Source: Dehalococcoidales bacterium
Lineage (GTDB): Bacteria; Chloroflexota; Dehalococcoidia; Dehalococcoidales; Fen-1064
Reading direction: 5' to 3'
Length of the DNA: 64,000 bases
Assembly: GCA_020342155.1 (NCBI GenBank)
Contig: CP070842.1
Coordinates: 1,108,594-1,172,593 of the forward strand
The position numbers and the translations under genes were made by a program. The notes under the pieces were generated by a model, which made no database searches, was not told where the DNA came from, and saw only the letters and a list, made by a program, of their open reading frames with translations. The first letter of the stretch is position 1. Each line of letters starts with the position of its first letter. Of this stretch, positions 1 through 9,851 are shown piece after piece.

Positions 1-1
1 C

Positions 2-2422
2 CTGGGATTACTCCAATCACAACAAGCACCACCTATCGACTATATCTTAACTATAATAATTAACGAAATGAGTGAGGTGAATAAAGATTTCGCTCTTGTC
101 CTTGATGACTATCATATGATAGAGGCTCAACCGATTCATGACTTCATGACTTTTTTGCTCAACCATTTGCCGCCACAGGTGCACTTAGTTATCGCCAGCC
201 GAATTGACCCCTCCATATCACTAGCTAGATTGCGTGTACAGAATCAGTTAATGGAGATTCGTGCTGACGACCTGCGTTTCGTCCCTGAAGAAGCAACTGC
301 TTTCCTGAATGACGTTATGAGTCTTGGACTTTCTGATGTAGATGTTGCTAAACTAGAGTCCCGAACTGAGGGATGGATCGCCAGTCTACAGTTGGCCGCA
401 ATCTCGATGCAGGGACGAGAGAATGTCTCCGCTTTCATTACCGAATTTAGCGGCAACAACCGTTACATCATGGACTATCTCATTGAGGAAGTAATCCATA
501 GACAGGAAGAAGGAATTCAAACCTTTTTACTGGAGACTTCAATTCTCAATCGCTTCACCACTTCACTGTGCAATGCCGTTACCGGACATGATGACAGCCG
601 AGAAAGACTGGCTCAATTAGAGGATACAAACCTGTTTCTCGTGCCCATGGATGATGAGCGGCAGTGGTATCGCTATCACCATCTATTCGCTGAACTGCTT
701 CGCAACCAACTTCTACTTTCTCAACAGAAGCGTATGATCGAATTACACCTCAGGGCTAGCTGGTGGTTTGAACAGGAAGGCTTAACAGGAGAGGCTATCC
801 ACCATGCCTTTGGTGCGCAGGATTTTGAGCGGGCGGCAAACCTGGTTGAGTCAGTCGCTTTTACAACGTTCATGAATAGTCAATGCCTCACGGTTTTAGG
901 CTGGTTGGAAAAACTACCCAGCGCTCTGATTACTGATCGCCCGTGGCTCTGTCTTTCCGGTGCTCTTGCCAACCAACTTAGCGGGCACTATGATGCTGTG
1001 GAGCCGCTTCTCCAATCCGCCGAATCAGCAATGTCCAGAGTTGAAAAGAGTCAACCATCCAAGTCTTTTCCGGACCATGCCAAAATACGCAGCTACATAA
1101 TAGCAGCACACAGTACCCGATCTTTAATTGAGGGAAATACTAAACGCACCATTGAGCTCTGTCATGAAGCTTTAAAATACCTACCAGAGGACGACCTGAT
1201 AGCACGTTCATCAGTATTAAAAGACCTCGGGATTACCTACTGGACAATCGGAGATACGTCGTCTACCAGACGTTATTTGGAGGAAGCCAACACACTCGGT
1301 CAATCAGGACGGCATCTGTATATTTCTCTCGCTGTTATGAGCTACCTAGCTAACATTGATCGAGTACAGGGGCATCTCCACCAAGCTGCTGAGAAGTTTC
1401 GAGAGGTAATCCGGCTCGGGTCCCAGTGGGGTGGTGCTGAACCACTACCGGTAACAGGGAATGCACATGTCGGTTTGTCTCAAATACTCTACGAGTGGAA
1501 TGACATCAAAGGAGCGATTTATCATGCAGGTATCGGTACCAAATTAGCTGAAAGAGGCGGAGTAATCAGAACCTTAGTGCTTGGTTACTTATTATTAGCA
1601 TGGCAGAACCAGGCCTTTGGAAACACCAAAGAGATGATGGAAGCACTCCAGCAGCTAAAAGAAATCCCTCCAAAGTCTATTGATGCCTATACTCTCGGCA
1701 AATCAGCAGGCTGGAAGGCTCGCTTATTGCTGGTACAGGGTGACCTGAGCGCCGTAAATAGCTGGGCTACCTCGCAGGAGTCAAAGGTGAACCTGTGGGA
1801 TATACCCGATTTCTATTTGGAGCTATCCCATCTTACTCTCGTACGCTTACACCTCGCTCAGGATAAAGTTGATGAGATACCTGGCCTATTGGAGCGTTTA
1901 AGGCAGAAGGCGGAAGCGGAGCAACGAACAGGCAGCTTGATTGAGATTTTGGTTCTACAATCGATAGCTTTGCATTCGCAAGGGGATGAAAACCAGTCCC
2001 TTACTATTCTTGAACATGCTCTTTCTCTTGCCGAGCCAGAAGGTTACGTGCGAACCTTCATAGACGAAGGCGAGCCGATGGCTAAACTGCTACGCCTGGC
2101 AGCATCACGTGGTATTGCTACGAAATATGTCAGGAAATTGCTGGCTTCATTTCAGAAACCCAATACTAACGCCAGTGCCCAGCCTAAGATTGTATCTGCT
2201 GTGGGTGCAGTAGTTCCCTCACCTCTTGTCGAACCTTTGAGCGAGCGTGAACAAGAGGTACTACAGCTCATTATTGCAGGTATGTCGAATCACGAGATTG
2301 CAGAAAGACTTATTATCGGACAGAGTACGGTTAAGACGCATATCAACAATATTTATAGCAAATTAGATGTAAATAGCCGCTCCCAGGCTATTGCCCAAGC
2401 CAGAGAATTAAAACTGTTCTAG
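2..2422 (+). CDS. LuxR/MalT-family transcriptional regulator (large STAND/TPR-like body + C-terminal LuxR HTH), 5' end cut by window edge
   Basis: The frame is open from nt 2 through the ATG at 68. The body has MalT-like motifs (LVLDDYH, EGWIASLQLAA). The C-terminus LSEREQEVLQLIIAGMSNHEIAERLIIGQSTVKTHINNIYSKL is a canonical LuxR/GerE HTH. Confidence 0.8.
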   Translation: MGLLQSQQAPPIDYILTIIINEMSEVNKDFALVLDDYHMIEAQPIHDFMTFLLNHLPPQVHLVIASRIDPSISLARLRVQNQLMEIRADDLRFVPEEATAFLNDVMSLGLSDVDVAKLESRTEGWIASLQLAAISMQGRENVSAFITEFSGNNRYIMDYLIEEVIHRQEEGIQTFLLETSILNRFTTSLCNAVTGHDDSRERLAQLEDTNLFLVPMDDERQWYRYHHLFAELLRNQLLLSQQKRMIELHLRASWWFEQEGLTGEAIHHAFGAQDFERAANLVESVAFTTFMNSQCLTVLGWLEKLPSALITDRPWLCLSGALANQLSGHYDAVEPLLQSAESAMSRVEKSQPSKSFPDHAKIRSYIIAAHSTRSLIEGNTKRTIELCHEALKYLPEDDLIARSSVLKDLGITYWTIGDTSSTRRYLEEANTLGQSGRHLYISLAVMSYLANIDRVQGHLHQAAEKFREVIRLGSQWGGAEPLPVTGNAHVGLSQILYEWNDIKGAIYHAGIGTKLAERGGVIRTLVLGYLLLAWQNQAFGNTKEMMEALQQLKEIPPKSIDAYTLGKSAGWKARLLLVQGDLSAVNSWATSQESKVNLWDIPDFYLELSHLTLVRLHLAQDKVDEIPGLLERLRQKAEAEQRTGSLIEILVLQSIALHSQGDENQSLTILEHALSLAEPEGYVRTFIDEGEPMAKLLRLAASRGIATKYVRKLLASFQKPNTNASAQPKIVSAVGAVVPSPLVEPLSEREQEVLQLIIAGMSNHEIAERLIIGQSTVKTHINNIYSKLDVNSRSQAIAQARELKLF

Positions 2423-2607
2423 TAAGTCATATTAAAACAACTCACAGCTCCATTTATTCTGAATAACCATACTAGTGGTTATTATTCTCTTTGATCTATC
2501 CCCTCTCCACCCCCCTAATCCACCTTTTGGTTGATAAAATCCTCCCTGATCTGTATGTATTCTTTGTACAGGTACAACAGAAACTAATAAAAGGAGGTAT
2601 CAGGACG

Positions 2608-2754
2608 ATGACAAAATTAGGTGAGGATTTTCGCAGAGCCGACGCGGAAAAGGGCGAAAAAGATGAACGTTCCTGGGGACCATGCAAGTATTGTCCTCTG
2701 TCCCGCATAGGGTGCCCCATGTCAAGCTTCTGTGAGAAATTGTTTCGCAGATAA
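2608..2754 (+). CDS. small Cys-rich hypothetical protein (48 aa)
   Basis: The ATG lies 7 nt after AAGGAGGT. The sequence is MTKLGEDFRRADAEKGEKDERSWGPCKYCPLSRIGCPMSSFCEKLFRR with C-x2-C-x6-C-x5-C spacing. The longer 87-aa ORF-track version has no RBS. Confidence 0.4.
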   Translation: MTKLGEDFRRADAEKGEKDERSWGPCKYCPLSRIGCPMSSFCEKLFRR

Positions 2755-2818
2755 TAAAGCAGATAATAAAAGGGTAATTACCTCAATGGTAAATGGAAAT
2801 AAAGGAGGTGAAAGGAAA

Positions 2819-3262
2819 ATGATCAACGAGGAGAAAACTTCCCAAGAGCAAACCTATTCTCAATTTGAAGATATGACATACGCTAAGACAATGTCAAAGA
2901 CTGCACGGTACAAACGGAGGGGTTGGCGCCTGGGCGACAGCCTCGATGCTTTCGGCTGGGCTGTCTTTTTCATCTGGGGTGCACTGGTGGTAGCAGCTAA
3001 TATAACCGATTTCTCAGAGAGTTACAACTGGTGGGATGGTTGGGGCGTGTTCTTCACAGGCGTAGCGGCGATCGTACTGGTCGGGACTGCCATTCGATGG
3101 CTGGTCCCGAAGTACAGACGCGCGGGTCTAATATGGGGGCTCGTATTCGGACTCATCCTGCTGGGCATCGGCTTGGGTGATATCGCGGTATGGATCTGGC
3201 CGCTTCTCTTAGGTGCCATAGGTATCAGTATCCTTTACCGATTATTTGTCAGAAGGCGTTAA
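2819..3262 (+). CDS. small integral membrane protein, unknown function
   Basis: An internal ATG is preceded by AAAGGAGGTGA. There are about four hydrophobic helices (AVFFIWGALVVAA, GVFFTGVAAIVLVG, LIWGLVFGLILLGIGLG, IWPLLLGAIGISILY). Confidence 0.55.
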   Translation: MINEEKTSQEQTYSQFEDMTYAKTMSKTARYKRRGWRLGDSLDAFGWAVFFIWGALVVAANITDFSESYNWWDGWGVFFTGVAAIVLVGTAIRWLVPKYRRAGLIWGLVFGLILLGIGLGDIAVWIWPLLLGAIGISILYRLFVRRR

Positions 3263-3425
3263 CGGATTGACCGATGTACGTAGATGTTCCACCTTGGGGA
3301 GTTAATATACGCTATACAATTCATAATTTGGAGAATAATAAAACATGTGAATATGGATTACACAATTGCTATTGGGTGACTTGAATACTGCATTAATGCC
3401 CATGTAATGAAAGGAGGCATAATTT

Positions 3426-4262
3426 ATGAGTATATCAGGAAAAACATGTGTGGTTACCGGGGCGAGTTCTGGGTTAGGACTTGCAACAACCAAGCAGTTT
3501 GCCAGATTGGGGGCAAATGTAGTTTTAGTCTGTCGTTCCCCCAAAAAGGGTGAAAATGCTGTTGCTGAAGTCCAAAGAGAAGTACCGAATGCATCGGTTG
3601 AGCTTATGATTTGTGATTTAGCCTCAATAGAATCTGTCAGGAATTTTATTGAAAAGTTTAAAGCGAATCACCCTAAACTGCAAATCCTTTTTAATAATGC
3701 CGCTGTCATGAAGATGCAGCGTACTGTTACCGAGGACGGCTTCGAGACCATGTTTCAAACGAACTATTTGGCACCTTTTATACTTACCATGTCTTTTCTT
3801 AATCTAATGAAGAACAGTTCGCCGGCACAAGTTATCAATATAGCTGTGCCATCGCGTAAACTTCGGCTGGATTTTAATGATTTACAGTCTTCCAACCATT
3901 ATGGAGCCTGGGATTCTTTCTTCAAAACGAAGCTTTGTCTTCTCCTGTTTAGTATCGAGCTTTCACGAAGAGTAGATAGTTCCGGGATTACGGTAGTTAT
4001 TACCGCCCCTGGGTCATTCAAATCTAACCTTGTACGAGAAGCTCGATGGCCGATAGGCCAGATAAAGAATCTATTTTCGGGAACTGTAGAAAAGGCTGCC
4101 GAGAACATTGCTTTCCTTGCCTCTTCGTATGAAGACCATTCACGAAACGGGAAAATATATGTGAAAAAACAGGAAAAACCTATCATCCCATACTGGAATA
4201 ACAGCAGTATCAGTAAGCGTCTCTGGTCAATTACCGAGTCTCTGGTTGGCGAGACTCCCTAG
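3426..4262 (+). CDS. short-chain dehydrogenase/reductase (SDR)
   Basis: It has the TGASSGLG Rossmann motif and the NNAA motif, is of SDR-typical length, and has an AAAGGAGG RBS. Confidence 0.85.
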   Translation: MSISGKTCVVTGASSGLGLATTKQFARLGANVVLVCRSPKKGENAVAEVQREVPNASVELMICDLASIESVRNFIEKFKANHPKLQILFNNAAVMKMQRTVTEDGFETMFQTNYLAPFILTMSFLNLMKNSSPAQVINIAVPSRKLRLDFNDLQSSNHYGAWDSFFKTKLCLLLFSIELSRRVDSSGITVVITAPGSFKSNLVREARWPIGQIKNLFSGTVEKAAENIAFLASSYEDHSRNGKIYVKKQEKPIIPYWNNSSISKRLWSITESLVGETP

Positions 4263-4350
4263 AAAAGACAACTTATACAAGCATGGTTTCAAATAACAAA
4301 GAAAGAGCTTTAGAAAAAGCGGACACATTAAAATAAAAGAGGCGTGCAGG

Positions 4351-4563
4351 ATGACACAGGGTGTATACCAGATTAAAGTCAAAGGCAAACTCGATAGCAG
4401 TCGTTCGGAATGGTTTGAAGGATGGACCATTACACATGAGGAAGATGGCACCACAGTATTGTCCGGCCAAGTAGCCGACCAGTCCGCCCTACACGGAGTG
4501 CTTGTTAGAATTCGCAACCTTAACCTACCTATAGTCTCAGTCCATTGTGTAGAGCCGCAATAG
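4351..4563 (+). CDS. small conserved hypothetical protein (70 aa)
   Basis: The ORF has an upstream purine-rich RBS. The C-terminal half (GQVADQSALHGVLVRIRNLNLPIVSV) resembles a widespread small protein family of unknown function. Confidence 0.5.
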   Translation: MTQGVYQIKVKGKLDSSRSEWFEGWTITHEEDGTTVLSGQVADQSALHGVLVRIRNLNLPIVSVHCVEPQ

Positions 4564-4614
4564 GCAAAAAGCTAAATAATAAAAAGAAAGAGAAATAAAG
4601 TTGAACCACGAATA

Positions 4615-5073
4615 TTGCAACGTATTAAAGGCTTAATAGGCGTAGACACATATCAAAATATTGAGCACGTGTATACTAAAGAACAGGTAAACAAGCTCTT
4701 AGAGGAATACCAGGTTAATTTCCCTGAAGCTATGCATAGAAATGTTAAATCCATGTTCAAGCCTGATTCAAATCCTGATTTAGTTGAAAAAGTTACCGCA
4801 GACATGTCTGCAGTTCTGCCTAGAATAGCATTAGAAATAGCTAGAGCATTCATGGAGCCAAAGCTGAATCTAGCCCAAGTATTGGATAAAGTGAAAACTC
4901 CAATACACTGCATAGCTTCTGATAGGGAGATAATTGATATTGAGGTTACACTTAGACATGTTTCATCTTTCGAAGTGTCATATATGTCAGATGTTGGACA
5001 CTTTGTTATGATTGAGGATCCTGATACATTTAATCGTCTAATTAACGAGATTTTTAATGAATTCGTTAGCTAG
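4615..5073 (+). pseudogene. alpha/beta-hydrolase C-terminal fragment (5'-truncated)
   Basis: Only the cap and C-terminal His region of the fold is present (VGHFVMIEDPDTFNRLINEI). There is no nucleophile-elbow G-x-S-x-G half. The ORF begins with TTG directly after the preceding gene. Confidence 0.4.
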
Positions 5074-5168
5074 GTTTTATTCGGCGGGATAATTTTAAGT
5101 CCAAACGAACTGATATCCCGATGTCTGCCCAGTGGTAACAAAGTAGTAAACTGTGAGGTAACTAACTA

Positions 5169-5696
5169 CTAGGATGTCACTATCGATTTCTGTTCAGCGA
5201 TGTCAGTTGCTGTAATGTCTGCATGATGATATCTTCCGTTTTGGTCAGTATATGATTTTAGCCACCATCTTGACTTAATCTGAATCGATTCTAACTGACA
5301 ATAATTGAAGCATGCAAAACAGCCTTGACACTTGACCGTTTCTTGCCATATTGGCTTGCCATCAGTCATCTGTACTTTCTCAGATAGACAGATGTCTTCA
5401 CATAATCCACAACCTGTGCACTTATCATCGTAGTAGAAATCAAACGTAGTTTCGACTAGCTTGCCAAAGCGTACTAGCAGCGGACTTATAGCACTAATAA
5501 GAGGTAAGAATGGAACCAGGAGTATAGGTGGTGGAGTTCCGTCACCTGTATCTTTTTCGCGACTGATTTCTTGGTCAACGTTTATCGTCTGAATCGAATC
5601 AAGTCTGGCCAGCATCTCGGATTCGAGTTTGCGTATTCTTTCCTCTGTTATCCTGCTGGCATATCGTTTAAGTATTGGGTCACTTCCGCTAGGCAT
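5169..5696 (-). CDS. 4Fe-4S dicluster ferredoxin-domain protein (EFR1-like C-terminal architecture)
   Basis: It has two Cys clusters, CTGCGLCEDIC and CQGCFACFNYC. Confidence 0.7.
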   Translation of the reverse strand: MPSGSDPILKRYASRITEERIRKLESEMLARLDSIQTINVDQEISREKDTGDGTPPPILLVPFLPLISAISPLLVRFGKLVETTFDFYYDDKCTGCGLCEDICLSEKVQMTDGKPIWQETVKCQGCFACFNYCQLESIQIKSRWWLKSYTDQNGRYHHADITATDIAEQKSIVTS

Positions 5697-5734
5697 TGTA
5701 ATGGCAAAAGATGACTAAGATCTAGCCGGTGTTC

Positions 5735-6838
5735 TTAACCGGTCGCATACGGCAGGCCACCGGGTTCAGGGATGTGCTCGGGTGGTCGCACCAGTCTCAT
5801 TTCACGAGCTTCCGTCGGACAGGTGAGCACACAAAGGCCACAACCGATACATTCATCGGTATCGATGTAGGCCCGTTCTTCACCGTACTCGGAATAATGC
5901 TTCATCTGGGCGGCACCGATAGGGCATCTCGAAACACAAATTTTGCAGCCACGGCACTTCTCGGGATCAACGGCAGCAATAAAACGACTCTTAGCCAGCG
6001 TTAACTGATTCAATTGCGCTTTCGTCTTGGCGCTGCTCTGGAATATGCCGCAGCAGCAACTATGGCAGTTGCAAATCAAGGGCGACATGGAATTGGTATT
6101 GCCCGTCAAATGAACAAGCGGATGCTGGTCAAGTTCATCGAACAGCTCCAACAGCTCCTCATAGGAGAGTTGTCTCCCGGCTCCCCTGTTCAAATTATAC
6201 TGGCCAGACCGCCTGTTGGTAACACAGGTCTCGGTAGGTATCGTATCCTGACATTCACGGCTCCTGTCAATCTTCTTACAGGCGCAATTCACCACTACTA
6301 TCGGGTCGGCCCCTTTAAATATCTCCCTGATATCCTCGCAGGGCATTACGCCGGGGATATCCTTGATAGACTTCCATCGCGGTACAACACGCATAATCTG
6401 CCTTACGGCAGACCGTTCTCCCCTTAGAACAGGATCTATCCTGTTCTTTTGATGCGTCTCCTCACTCTTGACAAATGCCAGGTCAAAGAATTCATCATTG
6501 TCATACTTGGGGTTGGAGGAGGCGGCATTATCATGCAGCGATCCCCAGCTACGAGTGAGATGCCAGCCGCTCTTACCGGGCATGACAAGACCCCTCTCGA
6601 ACATGACCTGAATTTGCTTCTCGACCGTCTCTTTATCCAGGCCTAATTTCTCTACTATCTTCTCGATTGGAGATTCTATCATATTGAGTATATTGGCTTC
6701 CTCTAAATCGGCCAAGCTCTTAAATACACGTGGCATAATCGGTGAATCGGCCTCTCCAATCTTGGAGGACAACTCGACATAGACGGGTTCGACCTCTTCC
6801 CGTAATAGCTTCTGGATTTCCTCATCTGTCCTGCGCAT
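5735..6838 (-). CDS. Cys-rich Fe-S protein with C-terminal 2x[4Fe-4S] ferredoxin domain
   Basis: Motifs are CRGCKICVSRCP and CIGCGLCVLTCP plus an additional NCACKK / CNCHSCCC cluster. I prefer the ATG at 6838 (GAGGAG upstream) over the TTG at 6859. Confidence 0.7.
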   Translation of the reverse strand: MRRTDEEIQKLLREEVEPVYVELSSKIGEADSPIMPRVFKSLADLEEANILNMIESPIEKIVEKLGLDKETVEKQIQVMFERGLVMPGKSGWHLTRSWGSLHDNAASSNPKYDNDEFFDLAFVKSEETHQKNRIDPVLRGERSAVRQIMRVVPRWKSIKDIPGVMPCEDIREIFKGADPIVVVNCACKKIDRSRECQDTIPTETCVTNRRSGQYNLNRGAGRQLSYEELLELFDELDQHPLVHLTGNTNSMSPLICNCHSCCCGIFQSSAKTKAQLNQLTLAKSRFIAAVDPEKCRGCKICVSRCPIGAAQMKHYSEYGEERAYIDTDECIGCGLCVLTCPTEAREMRLVRPPEHIPEPGGLPYATG

Positions 6839-7057
6839 TTTCCCAGCTACTCCTCTCAAAAATCAACTATGATTAACGGTAACCTCAACCCATTATATGA
6901 CTATCACATCCAGGCTGGATACTCGGTCAGCCAGCTTTACCTATGCCCAATTGTAGCGGTAATGGCGTAAAGTAACAAGCTTATTCTTTGCTCCGTAGAG
7001 TGAATCCCCCGAATCGGACACGCCACATAAGAAGTATTATGTTGAGAAACCAGAACG

Positions 7058-8683
7058 CTAGCGCCGGCTCGCCACTTCCTGCAACACCTCGGGCTTATGT
7101 ATGACATAGCGTCGGTTCTTCCCGCTCAAAATGTCTGACTTTCGAAAGCTTCGTAATAGCTTCCGTACATCGGCTACGGCAATCCCGGCCATGCCGGCAA
7201 GCTCCGATATAGAAAGAGAAACCGATATTGCCCACCCATCCGGCGTCTCCGTGCCGTGTGCCCGCATCAGCTCTAACAGGGTCCCAGCAAGACGGGCCGG
7301 TGGATTGTGGAAGATAACACTTTCCAGATGATAATTCAGGTCACGGATGCGCTGGGTAAGTACACCGAAGATACCGATAGCCGCCTCAGGATACCACCTC
7401 AGAAACTCAAGGAAGTCCCCACGTTCCAGGATAAATGTCTCCGTTGACTCGACTGCAGTGGCCGAAGCAGAGCGGGGTTTCTCATCCAGGAGCGACATCT
7501 CGCCGAAAAAATCGCCCGGACCAAGGTGGGCCAGCGTCATACTCTGGCCTTCTTTCCCAGGCACGCTTATCCTAACATCACCACTTCTGATTATGTAAAG
7601 AGCTGAGCCGACTTCATCCTTTCGGAATATGGTCTGCCCCTTCCGGTACCGCCTTTCCTGAAGCTTTTCCGAAAGCTCAGCCAGGTCATCGGAAGATATC
7701 GAGGCAAACAGAGGAATGCCTTTCAATGCCTCGGCCTTCCCTCGCAGAATCCGGGTATATGAGACGTGTTCCGGTACGGGAGTGCTCTCTGCATCCACCA
7801 GCTCACGCACAGAGGTCTTCAACTCGGTAAGAACCTCATCGATATCGGACGGACGGTTCGCCGGGTTCTTGGCCAGCATCTTCAGGATCAATGAGCTAAG
7901 GCGTTTCGGAATTCCCGGATTCCGCACATCCGGACTGGCCGGTGTTACCTGAATATGCTGGGAAACGAGGGATATGTCATCACTCAACGAAAAGGGAGGC
8001 TGGCCCGTTAGCGTTTCATACAAGACCACACCGAGGGAGTAGATATCACTCCTCGCGTCCACCTCCCGACCGAGGGCCTGTTCAGGAGCCATGTAAGTCG
8101 GTGTACCTCCGACCGAAGCGCCCGGCATGGTTGACTGGTCCTGCTGCATCCTGGCAATACCGAAGTCCATCAGCTTGACCTCATCGCCAACCACAATGTT
8201 CCCCGGCTTGATATCGCAGTGAATGACGCCGTGCCCGTGAGCATATGAGAGGGCAGCAGCAACCTTCGCGATAATTTCCAGCGCTTCGCTGATAGTGAGC
8301 CTCTTCTTACCATCATAGGCACCCTCTCGTATCTCCAGAATCGTGCTCAGGAGTGTCCCCGAGACGTATTCCATCACGAGATATGCCTGGTCTTCATACC
8401 AACCACAATTGTATAATGTCACTATGTTAGGATGGTTCATCCGTGCCAGTGACCTGGCCTCCCGGTAGAATTGTCCCGGGTTCTGGCGGCTGACCGTCCC
8501 CGGTTTAATTAGCTTTATAGCAACCGACCTGTCAAGCAACTCGTCTGTCGCCAGATAGACAGAGCCCATTCCTCCCTGCCCTAGGAGCTTTTCAACCCCG
8601 TACCGGTCGGCAATTGATTTGCCGACTATGCTCAAGGTTTGTAGCTCATCGTCCATTAACCACGGATTCTCTTCTTCATCCAT
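7058..8683 (-). CDS. Hanks-type Ser/Thr protein kinase fused to a complete Crp/Fnr-type module (cNMP-binding domain + HTH)
   Basis: Kinase motifs are GQGGMGSVYLA, VAIK, HCDIKPGN, DFG and APE. These are followed by a cNMP-binding beta-barrel (GDFFGEMSLLD..RSASA) and a C-terminal Crp-like HTH (ISELAGMAGIAVADVRKLLRSF). The start is taken at the ATG after GAGGAA and remains uncertain up to 8758. Confidence 0.8.
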   Translation of the reverse strand: MDEEENPWLMDDELQTLSIVGKSIADRYGVEKLLGQGGMGSVYLATDELLDRSVAIKLIKPGTVSRQNPGQFYREARSLARMNHPNIVTLYNCGWYEDQAYLVMEYVSGTLLSTILEIREGAYDGKKRLTISEALEIIAKVAAALSYAHGHGVIHCDIKPGNIVVGDEVKLMDFGIARMQQDQSTMPGASVGGTPTYMAPEQALGREVDARSDIYSLGVVLYETLTGQPPFSLSDDISLVSQHIQVTPASPDVRNPGIPKRLSSLILKMLAKNPANRPSDIDEVLTELKTSVRELVDAESTPVPEHVSYTRILRGKAEALKGIPLFASISSDDLAELSEKLQERRYRKGQTIFRKDEVGSALYIIRSGDVRISVPGKEGQSMTLAHLGPGDFFGEMSLLDEKPRSASATAVESTETFILERGDFLEFLRWYPEAAIGIFGVLTQRIRDLNYHLESVIFHNPPARLAGTLLELMRAHGTETPDGWAISVSLSISELAGMAGIAVADVRKLLRSFRKSDILSGKNRRYVIHKPEVLQEVASRR

Positions 8684-8830
8684 ATCCGATTCCTCGGCAA
8701 TTGGGTTATGCAACTTTAACAAAGGGACCATCAGTATGGCAAGACCCAAACAGCCCAAAGGCCAGAGAAAAGCAAAAGACTCCTGAAAAAGTAGGGTGAT
8801 TATCGCTAGGTATTAGCTTCTTTCACCAGA

Positions 8831-9343
8831 TTAACGATTTGTCTTCTGGATTGGTGTTCTGAGTTTGTAACCAAAAACTAAACCGCAAACTGTTCCAAAT
8901 ATCAGGTGAGGGATAGTAGAGAAACCAAGAATTTCCGTAATAGGTACGTCTGTTATGATAGCAAATGGTACACAGCCAACAATCGTTAACGCCCCCGCTA
9001 GAAATCCTAGTATAACGCCCCTTCTAATGGTCGTAATACGCAATATACCGATTTTATATACTGCCATCACAAAGAGAAGGCCTAAGAACAAGCTTAATAG
9101 CATATGTAACACCACGCCTAAAGACACGCCACCTCCCAGAACTGAGCCGATGAGCTCCAGGTAAGTATTTAGTGGTTTTCCTGTTATGAGAAATTCTATA
9201 ACCATCACCAGGTCCATCGCTATCATGCCCGCCAAACCACCGATTGCACCTAATATGATTATTCCGGTGAAACCATTACTCGCTGTTCTTGTGGAATTCA
9301 TTGGATTTTTCCTACCTCTATGCCCTCTACTTATTTCTTCCAT
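8831..9343 (-). CDS. integral membrane protein, unknown function
   Basis: The 170-aa ORF has about four Gly-rich hydrophobic helices. Confidence 0.5.
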   Translation of the reverse strand: MEEISRGHRGRKNPMNSTRTASNGFTGIIILGAIGGLAGMIAMDLVMVIEFLITGKPLNTYLELIGSVLGGGVSLGVVLHMLLSLFLGLLFVMAVYKIGILRITTIRRGVILGFLAGALTIVGCVPFAIITDVPITEILGFSTIPHLIFGTVCGLVFGYKLRTPIQKTNR

Positions 9344-9541
9344 TATCGAGTAGTTGGTATTAATTATGGCCTTGGCAGCAGATTATGGCAAAAAACTTGA
9401 ACCATCGTAATATATTCTCATTATTCAAGTCAATTGCTCTACGTCTCATTCAATAAAATGGGCACTTCTTATTGACCTATATATGAAATCCGTAATATTA
9501 TCGTCAGTAATTGCCATAGTTGAACAATAGGAGGTACTGAT

Positions 9542-9778
9542 ATGGATTGGGGTGTTGTTGCTTCAGTGATAGTGGCCAATATTTTGCTGACCTTTGGACT
9601 ACTGTCGCTCATAGGGTTCATGATATTTCTTATTATCAGTGGCATCAAGAAGAAGGCACAAGTAAGAATATCAACCAGTACAGAATCTACTGACAAAGAA
9701 GCAACGGACAAAGAACAACCAGGGGTTGTAAGGAGTTGCCCGATAGCTTTTTGCCCAATGAACAAGGTCGTAGAGTAG
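9542..9778 (+). CDS. small membrane-anchored protein (78 aa)
   Basis: The RBS is AGGAGGTACTGATATG. It has one or two N-terminal TM helices, then a polar tail ending in CPIAFCP. Confidence 0.5.
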   Translation: MDWGVVASVIVANILLTFGLLSLIGFMIFLIISGIKKKAQVRISTSTESTDKEATDKEQPGVVRSCPIAFCPMNKVVE

Positions 9779-9851
9779 ACCTTGACTGATTGCTAAAATA
9801 AATCCCATTAACCCAGAGACCAGAGAAACCAGGGATTACGTCCATCAATCA

